DNA of 64,000 bases, from positions 1-64,000 of the forward strand of contig MU619238.1 of the NCBI GenBank assembly GCA_025201805.1, written 5' to 3'. The notes under the pieces were generated by a model. That model had not been told where the DNA came from and did not search any database. It saw only the letters and a program-made list of their open reading frames with translations. The first letter of the stretch is position 1. Each line of letters starts with the position of its first letter. Made by a program: the position numbers and the translations under genes. Shown here piece after piece: positions 37,420 through 50,466 of the stretch. Origin of the DNA: Parasitella parasitica NRRL 2501 (lineage: Eukaryota; Fungi; Mucoromycota).

Positions 37420-38391
37420 ATGCCACCTCGATTTGGAGGAGCACCTAAATGTCCACGCTGTGAGAAATGTAAGTTGATTTCATAATGAAATTTGTATGGA
37501 ATTGACCGATTTATTTTTTCTCTCTTCTTCTATATAGCTGTTTATATGGCGGAACAGGTAGCGTTAAACATATTGATAAACAATATCAATATACTAAAAA
37601 TAGCATAGGTTCTTGGCCCAGGAGGACAGTGGCATAACTACTGTTTGACTTGCAAGGTAATAAAGCCCTATTTTGCATGAATTTAGCTGACTAAAAAGCG
37701 CCAAACAGGAATGCAACAAAAGGCTCGATTCGACAACGTTGACAGAAAAGGATAATGAGGTAAGGATGACCTGAGAAAACACCAAGCATGATGAATTAAT
37801 ATGCAAATAATAAAAGGCCTATTGTAGAATCCGCTGTAGCCGTAAATGGGGACCTAAAGGTTATGGATTTGGTAACGTATTGTTTTTTTATGGTAAAATG
37901 TGTGTGCACATGCGTGTATTAATGCGTTTCACTATTCAAGCTGGAGGTGCTGCATTCTTGAGCACAGAGAACAAGATGCCTAGTGAAATCCTGTGAAACT
38001 GATACTTTTAGGACAGTAGCAGCAGCAGCACCCACTTTGCCTGCTCGCGCAACACCACCATTGCCTTCTAGACCAACAAACAATGACAACCAGGTCATAG
38101 TACATCAGAAATCATACAAGCTATGTACCTCGTAAATTTGGTTTTCAAGCACAACAAGATATCTGCACTGGATGTGGTAAGATCGTTTACGCAGCTGAAC
38201 TTGCGTTGGGAGCGGGCAACAAATATCACAAAATGTGCTTGAAATGTTGTCAGTGCGGTAAAAGGCTAGATTCTACTAATATGGTAGATCGTGATTTCGA
38301 TCTTTATTGTCGAGGGTGTTATTCCAAGTCTTTTGATCCCAAGGGATATGGTTACAATAATTTACTAACACCTGAAGGGGCTACCCGTTGA
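37420..38391 (+). pseudogene. CRP/CSRP-type two-LIM-domain gene, apparently disrupted
   Basis: LIM1 CPRCEK-VYMAEQ...WHNYCLTCKECNKRL...GPKGYGF and LIM2 CTGCGKIVYAAE...HKMCLKCCQC. In-frame TGA after MPSEIL and frame breaks in the linker. Confidence 0.65.
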
Positions 38392-38590
38392 ATAAATCTA
38401 TATCATCTTGACGCAATCATGTATGGTGCATCACCTTGCCTTATTTGGACTATGACGATCCAAATGAACATTCAATGATGCAACGATTTGCAAATACTGT
38501 TAATTTTCAAGTATATAAAAAGAGCAATGATTGTCAACTACGAATCAGTTAGTTTACAATATCTGAATATAACTAAGAAAATAAACTAAA

Positions 38591-38884
38591 ATGGATTTCT
38601 CAAAAACTGAATCAAAGAAGGACCGCGCTGTTGGCAACGTCAAGGACAATTTTGGAGGCGCCGTTGGTAATGATTCTCTCCAAGCAGAGGGTAAGGCACA
38701 AAACAGCTCTGGTCAGGCTCAAGGAGTTCTTGCCACTGCTCAAGATTATGTAGCTGGTGCTGCTGATCAAATCTCGGGCGTCGTGAAGGGTGCTACCAAC
38801 TCACTTACTGGTAACAACTCTGGAGAAGCTGGAAACAAGGTACAAGAGAAGAAGGGTGAGGCTCAAAAGAACTGGAACTCTTAA
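38591..38884 (+). CDS. CsbD-like small hydrophilic stress protein
   Basis: GNVKDNFGGAVGNDSLQAEGKAQ pattern, internally duplicated; TATA-like TATATAAAA upstream; intronless. Confidence 0.8.
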   Translation: MDFSKTESKKDRAVGNVKDNFGGAVGNDSLQAEGKAQNSSGQAQGVLATAQDYVAGAADQISGVVKGATNSLTGNNSGEAGNKVQEKKGEAQKNWNS

Positions 38885-39028
38885 ACTGTATCCCCCCCCC
38901 CATTACTACTTTTATCAAACTAAATCGATCCCCTTTCATATATTAAATAAATGAATACACCATTTGTCAATCTCTAAATACGCAACTACTGTATATAAAG
39001 AGGTTTATTTACATCTACTTTGATATTT

Positions 39029-40750
39029 TCAAGATATACCAAGTGTTCTTTTACTAAACTCGTATACGGCATAGCTAATACTAACAGAAGGCACGACCTT
39101 GAATAGCGTTGGCCCTAAACCTTTGTAAAATCCTCTCACACCATCAGCATGGAGCGTCTTTTTGGCGGCATCCCAAGCAGAGGTGTATCTATGTGGATGT
39201 GCAAGTGTCCCTTGAGCTTGCAGTCTATCAAGACGTTGGATTAGTCTGTGTATTTCTCTTGATGATGTCAATAGATGAAAAATATACCTTGTTCTAATCA
39301 TGTTTAAAGGATACACACTGCTGGCGCCAATTGATCCACTCACCATTCCACAGGCCCATAAGATCAAGACATTGGGCTGTTTACTTTTACCGTGCTCGTC
39401 CTTTTGTGCATTTATATATTGCAGATATGTCACTTTGAGCGTTTCATAGATACCCATATCTAATGCTTGGTATGGAAATACACCCATTAAACTCACAGTT
39501 AGCCCAGGCCAGAACCCTTTCAATCCGCCTGTTCTGTACATTGATTTAGCTGTATTGAATATCAAGTTCTTTTGTCTCGCCTTGAAGACGTCGCGTTTCT
39601 TTTCTCCGGTGGCTTCGATGATCATGGAAGACATGATGCGAGTCTTTAGGGTCTCGACGGGATAAATACAAAATTGGGCACAGAGACCAGCTATACCACC
39701 AGCGACAAACCTCGCACTCACAGGTATACCATTCTTATCTTTTGAATCCGTTAGTTCTGCTCTCAAATACATAAAATTTGATGGCTGACTCAGGCACAAT
39801 CTTTATGACATTGAGGCCATTACCAACAAAGAACGCTCTGAATCCGCCTTGGTGGTAAATGTTCTTCATTCCCGTTAGAAGAGCTGATTGCGAGTTTTTG
39901 GCATTCGCCGTTGATGTGATGGCTTGTTGATGCATTTTCGTGTATGATGTTTGGGTAATGAGGTATATTTTGAGTCTATCAAACGGAGCTGTACATGTTC
40001 TGGACACAGCACCTGCCATACCACCTGCAGCTAAATATTTATATGCGTTATGTGCTGTTTCGTCTGTGTGAGGAATCACAACTTCGGCATCGTGAGTAAG
40101 CTGGGTAGAGGATTGATAATATTGATAGATTTCTAGTATTGTAGTTTCACGTGGAAGTAGCTGAGGAGAGAAACTGGGTTAGAAGCATTTACGTACATCC
40201 GCTTCAATTATACTTTACTAATAGGAAATCCCGCCAATCCTGAAAATCTATGTAGCCATTACCCTCTACACGACGACAACAATAAAAGTCAGCATGAAGT
40301 ACCATCATCCCTCCCCCCCCCCCCACTTTACACATTACCAATGTCAATGACATGCATGAAATTCTCGATATCTTCATCTGTGACATGAATACCCGCATCT
40401 TTCAAAGCACATTCAAGATCTTTGGCATGTATTCTGAAATCCCCTGATTTGTTGATTTCAGAGAACAACTGCCAAAGGTCCTTTTCTTTATCCAAAACAT
40501 AGGTTCTAAACTCGTGGTAATCTATAATTCCATCTTGCGCTGTATCACATTTCGCTAGTAGATCAGTAACGTAACGCGTGTGTGCTGGCAAATGTGTTAA
40601 TTTGAGAAAGCCTCCGAGAATTGCTTCAGAATCCAGATACCCTCGTCCTTTAGAATCCAGTGATTCGAATAGACTCTTTATCCTTGCTTCTCGTTCGCCA
40701 GCTTTTTCGTCGAAATAAGGATGTGGTGACCCAGGTATCGACGAACTCAT
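39029..40750 (-). CDS. SAL1: Ca2+-binding (EF-hand) mitochondrial ATP-Mg/Pi carrier, with a frameshift at about 39760
   Basis: N-terminal EF-hands (DSKGRGYLD, DTAQDGIIDYHEF) and three carrier signatures (PFDRLK, PVETLKTR, PLNMIRTR). Frame changes at KFYVFE / AELTDSK. Confidence 0.85.
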
Positions 40751-41101
40751 AACTATAAACAGACCTTAATATTTTCCCTTTTTGTACAATAAAAACGAAA
40801 CCCTACCATTGATTATCTTTTTGCTGTGTAAAAAATTGTGATACTGTTTTATAATCCAAAAGAAAAAGAAAAAGGAAATAAACGAGCGTTTGTTGTCTAT
40901 AGTTGGCCCTGGTTTTTTTTCTATGATATAACAAAATTGCTGATCTTTGAAAAACAAAAACAAAAAAAAAGGTGTGGGGAAGATGAACGAGATTTTTTTG
41001 TAGGTTGATCTCGTCCTATAAACACCCAGTGCTCTCCCCTGTTGGACAAAGTGGCATAGTATGTGCTAAAATGCTATCATAACCAAATATACGTGATTTT
41101 A

Positions 41102-44100
41102 TTATCTTTTGTGAGGGTCTTCTAAATCAACAAATCCAAAGCATCTAACCCACTGATCATCAGGCACCAGTGATCCGAATAGCTCTTTCATCCTTTGTCC
41201 CAACTGTATAATAAAGATATATTTTTAGTGCTGAATGGCAGCAGGGTTGCAGTATATTTACCTTATCTAGTTCTATGATAATGCTTTCCATCATGATAAC
41301 ATAGGCATAATACACCATATAACACTCGTCTTTAACAGATTCGTTGCTATCTGTTAAGTCATTCTTTTTCAAATCTGCTGTTAGCTTTGGTAACTTCTGC
41401 AATTTCAACATGAGCATTTCTCTTGCTTTTTCTGCTGGAGGCAGATAAGGCGGTAAGGGTGTCTTTAATTGCAATGCAGATGCAAGCAAATAAAAGTAAA
41501 GCAAAACACTTCCTGCCATCTCCATCAGTTCCTGGCTGGCTGGCAGCATGAGATCCCGTCTTACTTGAGTGGCCCAGACGTCTTTCAATATAACAATACG
41601 GATCGACAGGAACTTGTCGAGAATGTTTTGGCAGGATGTGAGCATCGCTTCGTATGTTTTGGCGGGGAATGGACCCTTTAGGCGAGGTTCGTTGGGTGCG
41701 TAGGCTAACAAACCTTGAAGTTCTACTAGGCTAACTTGCAGCGAAAATTCCACATGCTGGAATTGGATAGACCTTGCTTCGTTGCGTTTTGCTATTGCCT
41801 CAAGCTCTTCTCGCGAGGTAACTGATCTACTATTGCTACTGCCATCAGTTGCTGCCCTGCCGTCTAAAATGACTTTTTTAACAAGGTGTGAATAATTTGT
41901 ACTGGAATCATTTTTTGCTGCTGCTGCATGAACAATCGAGCGGGTGTTGTCTTCTGAATACTCTGCCACCAACTGCTTGTAGTACCATGATAATCGAATG
42001 AGCAAATCCGAAAGCCCTTTTCGCATCTCTTTCCTTGCTTCAAACGGCCAGATATAGGCTGTAACTACCAAGCCTACGTGGTGCAGTTAATTGTTGTCAG
42101 TAATCCATATAGGTATATACAATATGTATTTACAAACTAACCGATAATGACACCAGCAGACACGGTTGCGCATCTCATGATAGCCAGCTCGATTACATCA
42201 ATAACCTGCTCTTCATTTCTATGATTGTACATGAATGGTACAATTAAATTGTAAGAAAGTAAAGAAAACAAGCCAAATCTTCCATGTTTATGATTCAAAA
42301 TCATCCAAAAGCAAGGAATAGAAAATGCCCAAGACATTAATAGCAAGATGGGACCCTGATGTGGCAAAAACAGATAGAATAATACTGCAATGACTGAACC
42401 AAGGATAGTAGCTAATACTCGCAACACGGCAACCTGATTTGTCCCACCTACTGTAGGAGACATCACAGCCATGACCTATGTTGCCAATATGTGTTTAAAT
42501 TAGTATTGCTACAATGCAAATCTACGAAAACGGTATATAATTACCGTAATAAGGGTCCAATCCATCTTCCAGGTTATAAAATACTCTCGTGTTGCCGGGA
42601 TGAATGCCATGGACGCAATTGCAAGAGCAATCAGTGTAGATTTAGACGCATATCGCACTGTATGCTGTCTAAACCATGAAAAAAAGCCCCAAAGGGTCAG
42701 AAAGAATCTTCGAAACTTTGTCTTTGGCTTGGGAGTATGCAGCGTATTGAACGTGTTGTTATTGTTTGGCACAAAAGAGTCAATGGAGCTCTTTTTAATA
42801 ATGACAGGTTTAGCTTTGTTGCTTTTACTTCCTCCATCTTTCGTATTTTGCTGTTTTTGATATTGAGCTTGAGTATCTGCGTGTCGTTGTCTCGAGTAGA
42901 AACAACAGCACAAGAACCAAACTTTGATACATAACACTATTAACACCCCATCAACGACACTTGTAAAAATATATTTGTACTTACATGGGCTAACCAAATA
43001 TCTTTTAATCATTTGCCAGAATCCTCCCTTCTTGTTTTGCTCCTCGTCATATTCGAATACGGACTGAACACATTCTACCAACACCATCAACTCTTTGGCA
43101 AACTCCAGTAAGCAAAATACAAAAAAGTAGACCAAGAAAACATCTTCAGCAGGAAATTGGTTCATTAAATGCGAGTGCAATTCTTCAGGATTGATAGTGG
43201 CATTTTTCATCCGCATGCGCTTCATCTTTCGACGATACATGCGAGTCAATGCCAACTGTTGCGACTCTTCAAACAGAGCTATTGCCATTGCAAGATTTTG
43301 TCGCATTAGCCCGAAAGATGGTGTGGTCTCAGTTATTTGGCGGGTGAATCGACTTTGCAAGTGCACTATTGTTTGTTTGCAGGTGTATGCTAGTGACTTC
43401 ATGGGAGGTCTTACCGTCTTGATAAATTGTACCAGCGCACCTTCTTCCTCTTCTTCTTCTCCTCTAGCGAGATGGTTATCATCGATTTCCTGCTCAATAT
43501 GATAGTATCCATTCAGTGGCTGCCTTTCCGTTTGCTTCTTTAGCGATCTACCGCAGTTGTCGTCGTCTGCATCTGCGTCTAAGCTGTTTCTGTTACTGCC
43601 GCCAAACATTGACTGCGTGGACATGGTGTGCTCTTTCTTCAACTCGTATTCCATCTTCTTTCTTTGGTCTGTTGCCTTTACATGATATACCTTCTTTTTT
43701 CGTCCGTAATGTGAACCTAGCTTGTCATGTTCTTGTGGTATAGAACCGTAGTTGGATGCATACTTTTTTCCTGGGCTTGCAGATGTCTTCATGACTTCAA
43801 ACTGCAATCCACAACTGCTGCGTAGACCGCCCACATGCTGGGCTAATCTTTGCAAACTAGATACAATGGTGTCATATCCTGCGGCATGCCTCCAGATATC
43901 TAGATTATAGTACTCTTTTTTAGCATCCGCTAGAGAAGATTGCAATGATGTGAAGCTTGTGCGATGGGCATTAATGGCGCTTTGTAAATTCTCGTTTGCG
44001 GTAAACTCTGGCAAGTCTGTGTCTAGTAGAAAGGTCTTGGTGAGCAATTTTAACAGGATTTTGATAGCCGTTAGCGTATCGTTGATGTCAGCCCTGTACA

Positions 44101-45845
44101 CAGTTTGTTAATATACACACTAAAGTCCATAAAGATATGCTTACTTGAGCTTTTTAGTCGCTGTCATGGGCCATATAAACCAGCACACAAAAGCAGATAT
44201 TGCTGTCCCTATAGTCACTATAGCAAACATCTCTTCAATGTACGTAGGATCAAAGTATGAAGGAATCACCGAGCCTTCTTTTACCAAAACTGGAAATATG
44301 ATCATGAATCCCAACCCACAGCCTACAAAAAGATTTGAGTTTAATCTTATATTCCTGGCATAAACCGCCCATAATTTACTTTACCTGTTCCAATGGCTGG
44401 TTTATTGTAATGCGCCTTAATGAAGGATAATACAAATGTGCTACCAGCAAGCCAAAATCCAAGTGTTACACAGCAGGAAGTGACATAATAATCCTGGGAT
44501 CTCAAGTAAATGGCTACCAACATGCTTAACAACGAAATCAAAAGAGCACAGACTGTATAAAGTAGACCATAACCTGCGGCTTCTACCATACCGCCGACTG
44601 TTTTGGAAGGATTGAAGAAGACGGTTACCGTGGCAATGACATGGCTAGAAATATTTGCTGTTCCCAACATGCTGTTCAACATTGGGACAAACGTAAACAA
44701 CGATCCCAATAAATAAGCAAAGCTACATTTCAGTACCATCTTTTGTCTATAGGACAAGGTAAAGAAATGACGCACAACCCATTCATACGCTGATTTCGCA
44801 CCTCTCAAAAAGCAACTTCGGTTGGAATTCTTGAATTTCTTGTCTTTTCGTCTTCTCTTTACACGGCCGTCGAAATTATCCTCGTCTTCGCTTGTCTCGT
44901 TTGGTTGAAGGTCTTGAATAATCATGTTGGGATCTGAGGAGGAGGTTGGAAATAAGAGTGCTCTTCTTTCTCCCTCTTCTAATATATGATTATAAAATCT
45001 GTATGTGTAGAATACTTAGTTCGTTTGCGCAAGATTTTGATTAAAAAAAGCAGAACTTACTCGTTTGTTTGGCTTTTACTGGCTTGTCTTTGATGATGTG
45101 CATTCACTTCCGCTTCATCTTCCTTACCATCGAAGTAAAAATGATTGTAATGCCCCTTTATCTTTTTTTTCCCGTAATCCATAGATGCTGCCATTGGCAT
45201 AGTAGATAGGGATACAGATCGTTTTTGCCTTGTTCCATCATCCAATACGACTTCATATTCCTCGCTTAAGTAATCATGGTAGTAAGATCCTGCAGGAGAT
45301 CGAGATAACATACCGCTGTCCAAAGAGCCGTAATAGTAGAAATTGTTGGGTATGCTTCCACTGGTGCTTTGAACAACTGACATGGGATGTATTATCAAAT
45401 TGCTGCTGCTGCTTGCTGTGATGGGCGGCGCAGCGGCCTTGTATTGATTTATACTATCAAGCTCATTCGCTGCTGTGGGGCTGTCTACTGTTAGAGTGTT
45501 GCTGTTTTTGTCGATTGTAGCAATGGTTTCAATGAATGGCGTCGTATTTTCATTCTCAATTATAGTTTCTAGTCCCTGCCCTTGCTCTTCATCATCTGAC
45601 TCACTAAGGCCAATTGCAGTATGAAATGTTTGCACAGAAAATGCACTCCTACTTGATGTAGAAGGCATTGGCCGTAAATTGTTCAAGTGAGAGTTTCTAC
45701 TTGTTGATGGCGTAGGATTAGGTGTAAAGAAATCATCATCAGGAACAGACGAAGCCGATACATTTATTTCTGGAGTTGTAGTTACATATCTTGCTAAGGT
45801 CTTGCCTAATAGCTTGCCATCTTTGCGATTATCTGCTAATGGCAT
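41102..45845 (-). CDS. ALMT/FUSC (aromatic acid exporter superfamily) membrane transporter, multi-exon
   Basis: VLKCSFAYLLGSLFTFVP, VFFNPSKTVGGMVEA, SPTVGGTN, IWPFEARKEMRKGLS, EPRLKGPFP; long disordered N-terminus. Confidence 0.88.
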
Positions 45846-47731
45846 TTTAATTGTAAGGAAAAAAGAAACGAGCTCTAAACAAATCGACCAACATTATTTA
45901 TACTGATTCGTTTGTTGGGCGTTCTTTTGATGTGCAACAGCAAACCCCTTAAGCGTCATGTATCATATATCGTAAGTATGAAATCTGAAAATAAATGCGT
46001 CGTTTCTTTGTTTGGTTATTTATATTTGCTTAAACCTTGCGAAAAATATGTATAATATGATACACTCTTAAGAGTAATTTTTATGGATTGATTCCCTGTT
46101 AATTTACACGCAATCGTTACCCCTGATTTTTTACCTTAAAACGGACGATGAACCTAACCCGTTGATTTTCACGTCTTGTGCTACTGTTTGGAATGAATCA
46201 TACAAATACCTACACATCTTTTGTCGAAATGGTTAGACCTCTTCAGGCGTAGCTGAAATCTTGTTGAAATGTAGGCAGTGAAATTGAACCAACACGCGTT
46301 AAAAAACAAAGATTAAAGCATTCACTGGTATTCATGGTATTCTAAAAAGAGAGAAAACTAAACAGGTATAATTTTCTTTAGGTGAGTAACGGCTACAATC
46401 CCATTACTGATTGAGCTGGTTAACTGCTCGCTTTGATGGTATTATATATGCTTACCCACAAACACCATTCGGCTTGCTGTTGTACGAAAAAATTATGGTT
46501 ATTACTTTTTCGTGTTATGAATAGGCTCTAGCATATGCAGCCCTATATACTTCAAGCATACTTCCTCCATCTACCTTTGCTGTCCAGGTACCGCCAAAAC
46601 AAGAAGCCGCATAATTTATGACACATGTGTTAATTACCTGTAAAAACTTCTCAAGAATTTTTTTTTGTATATTTCCTATAATATCTTGAATGCATTTACA
46701 AACGCTGCAGAGTTGATTTGCTCTATTGTCATTAAGTTTCCTTAGGTTATTTCTAATAGAGCCATTGAGTCATCGATTAGACAATTAATTTTTTCAATCC
46801 ATTTTAGTTGTTTTCTGGAGGTATTCCCTTAACAAGAAAGGAATGTTGCTGAATGGTGTCATAGTGATGGCCATAATCATGTAATAATATTACAATTTTG
46901 AGCAAATTAATCTTAAATAAAACATGTATTGCTATTTGCACAATAGATTATTACTCTATGTACAACGTTTGAATTCACTCTTTCGTTTATCAAGTGAATA
47001 AACATCGACTATTACCTTCTAATATTTTTGATGTTTACCATATAGTTTTTGTAATAGAAACCAAGATATAAACTTTTTTCTTCGATTTATGTATCAATTA
47101 AAATGTCAGCTGTTTTTAGGTTATAGATCAAATCTTAGCAGTAATGTATTATACCAACTATAATATATCATAAGCGAGCATGAGCAGAAATGCGTAGTAA
47201 AATGGGATGACTTTATGTACACATGGCAAAAAGACACACGAGTGGCGCCAGTGAATGGCTGATCTTTATCCTGGCGCAGAGTAGATGTTCCTGAAAATAA
47301 TGTTAAATCCTGATGAATGTTCTTCCACCAGATCTACTATGAAAAACATTCTATCATCTATACGTACCTGGGCTCTTATCTTACTGTCGATTCGTACATT
47401 CCCATCCTATGGATTGGTTCAAGGCTTACCTAATTATCCAATATCAAGACCTTATTGCTGCGGCACTGTCAAATATCTATAAATGCCTAAACTAGTTTGA
47501 ATCCGGATTGAAGCTTGGAATAGCTAAATAAATATATTCAGTTCTAATTATATTTTTTCTGTTATTCTAAACAAGCTGGAAGTGTTCGTATCCAAATACA
47601 TCCTATGTATAACGAATATTACAGTATCATGAATTCTCAAAACAAATTGAAATTGTGCAAATGGCAACACCGAAAACAGAAACCTTGTTTTTAAAAAAAA
47701 AAGAAGTTTATAGGTATGTGCTTTTTTATAT

Positions 47732-47776
47732 GCAAAGCAGAGGTCGGGTTTTTTTCGGCATTCGTTCTAATGGAGG
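47732..47776 (-). repeat. Short motif B, second (diverged) copy, inverted relative to 3985-4034
   Basis: Reverse complement CCTCCATTAGAACGAATGCCGAAAAAAACCCGACCTCTGCTTTGC versus CCTCCATTGGAACGAAGGCCGA(n)TCCGGCCTTCGCTTTGC. Confidence 0.75.
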
Positions 47777-47934
47777 TTCATTGCTCGTTAAATATAATTT
47801 TATACTACTAATGATGGATTCAAAGAGACTTCTGATTGCGCCCGCCATGATATGATTATGACAAGTCAGTTAGCAATTTTACTGTCTTAAATGCAGAGAT
47901 GTATCCAGTATTTTCAACGATATCAATATCATTC

Positions 47935-49478
47935 TTGTTGTGCCAGTTTGAAGAGCGCAGCGAAATGTTTTTTGTGTAGATGTTTTGTTATTATTTCAAA
48001 GTGATACTCTCTGAATATAACTAGATACAAGGCTCTGAATACTTTTATTAACATAAAATATGATCTCTATTCATACTAAACTGAGTATGTTAATTCATGT
48101 TTATCCACATAACATCTGATGTTTGGCAGGAAGTGTCAAGCATTATACTATATCACAGCATTTTCAGGAACAGGCCAATTTGTTGTATCCATAGAATACC
48201 ATGGTTACCACTATTTCAACTCACTTGTCATGGCAACCGTTCCTGGTCGGATCTAAGGTTAAATGGCATTGATTATTCTATCTAGTAAATAGAAGCATTC
48301 AATAGAATGTCTTGTATAAGAAACCATCTATTTGGGCTTTACTTATTCTAAATTGCGAAGCTCAACTTATCGATGAATAATTCACATTCATAACGATTAG
48401 CTGATTAAATATAGAAATAGGTCTTGCTCTGACTACTACTGTGTTATAATCTTGTTTGACAATTAAATGTCAAACATGACCTGATTGTATTTTATAGATT
48501 GATTTAGATAGATTTATTCTAATATAAATAGACAGCTTCTTGTCAATCAATAAATCAATAGTTTTGTATCTGGTAGACTAAGTCTTTATTACATTCTTAC
48601 TGTTATATTTTTATATCACATACAATCACCTGCTGTGCTCATTTTCAAGACCTGGCACAACATTGGTAATTCTTTCACAAATAAGGAATAAGCTACAACA
48701 AGTTGTAATTGGACCTCTTGCAAGGTTCCAGGCTTATTCAAAGAATACATCTAGATCAGATCGCGGGATGTCTGTGATGGAGTACAATTATCTAGTAGTA
48801 AGGGTAGAATGATGTACTATGTTAATGGAGTGTTGGTGTATCTAATTGTTGACATTGCTATCAGGGTTATTACTACTTACTATATAATATATGTAGATAT
48901 TATTGGACAAGAAGTAATTGACAGCAATGCGGCGATGGTTATATGAACTATAAACTTACAGTATATGTAAACAACGATCGGTAGTGACAGATCAGGTTTG
49001 CAGTGATAAGGATGATTTATAGATAATAGATTTTGCTAGTATATGAGAAATGTTTATGGTAATAAACTATAAAAGCTATTACAGATATTTTCACTAGCGT
49101 TCCAATATCTGGTAAAGGTTGAACCTATTTATAATAATTGAATGTTTCATGTAAACTGAGACATCATCATGTAATGTGAATCATTACAATGTCGGGAAGA
49201 CATACTACCCAATCTTCTCTTTAATGTTAAATAGAAAGATAGGTCTGTCCTGGAAATGCTGTGATTTAATATAAAGGTTTGACACTTCTTGTCAAAAACA
49301 TCAGGTGTTATGTGGATAAACATTGATTGGGATATATTTTAGTATAAATAGAGATCATATCTTATGTCAATAAAAGTCTTCAGCATTGTATCTAATTTTA
49401 TTCAGAAAAGTCTTTATTACTTTATACAAATCATATTTACATAACATTACGCTGCGCCCTTTGACCACTGGCACAGCA
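47935..49478. repeat. Cluster of three repeat-family-A copies: b 47935-48178 (+), c 48177-48663 (-), d about 49240-49478 (-)
   Basis: b matches the reverse complement of d (TATGATCTCTATT-ATACTAAA, ATGTTTATCCACATAACA-CTGATGTTT). c matches copy a. All four begin near a shared TGTGCCAG...G-GC-CAGC motif. Confidence 0.8.
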
Positions 49479-50382
49479 AACGTATTTCACACCTGCTGGG
49501 ACTGATATGAGATCGTGATATGTGAGACCTTGCCATGTTATTAATATAAAAATGCGGATCTTATATATAGTTTAAGTAATAACCTTGACAGCTGAAGCCT
49601 TGATAATTCTATGAGCTTATTGTTATAATTCATATTTATAACTGTAATGAAATGGCACCTATTATATAGCACCACAATTACATTAAAATAAAACCCAGAT
49701 GGATCATGGCTGATCAATCCAAGAAAGAAATACATGAAAAGCACAAGTAAACATTAACAAGTGTTGGTAGAGGCTTGCACTCCTGATCAAAGTACAATCT
49801 CCTACAACACTGGCACATGCTAATGTTGAACAACGCTACTCATAATTACAAATAAACAAATTCTAAACATGTATAAACAATGCAATTGTCAAAACAATTG
49901 CAATAATTCTAGATGCCAGAAATGGCTTGTTTATTACACAATAAGNNNNNNNNNNNNNNNNNNNNNNNNNNNNNNNNNNNNNNNNNNNNNNNNNNNNNNN
50001 NNNNNNNNNNNNNNNNNNNNNNNNNNNNNNNNNNNNNNNNNNNNNNNNNNNNNNNNNNNNNNNNNNNNNNNNNNNNNNNNNNNNNNNNNNNNNNNNNNNN
50101 NNNNNNNNNNNNNNNNNNNNNNNNNNNNNNNNNNNNNNNNNNNNNNNNNNNNNNNNNNNNNNNNNNNNNNNNNNNNNNNNNNNNNNNNNNNNNNNNNNNN
50201 NNNNNNNNNNNNNNNNNNNNNNNNNNNNNNNNNNNNNNNNNNNNNNNNNNNTTTTTTTTTATTTTTTTTATTTTCACATAAAATTGATCCCAATTTTATT
50301 GCAATAACAATTAAATAAATTTAAATTAGAGAAAAATAATCTAACTGATAATATAGCCTGTAATTTTTTAATTTTAGCTGAA

Positions 50383-50466
50383 AGTATCATGGCCGAGTGG
50401 TCCAAGGCGTCTGACTTAAGATCAGATCCGCTCACGCGGGCGTGGGTTCGAACCCCACTGGTACTA
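50383..50466 (+). tRNA. tRNA-Leu(TAA)
   Basis: Acceptor AGTATCA/TGGTACT-A; A-box TGGCCGAGTGG; anticodon arm TCTGA-CTTAAGA-TCAGA; long variable arm; B-box GGTTCGAACCC; downstream T-tract. Confidence 0.95.

Noticed and set aside
48220-48265. Resemblance of LVMAT...SDLRL to a DIRS tyrosine recombinase motif
   Set aside because: Needs a frameshift and deletion to align, and no other YR or RT motifs are seen.
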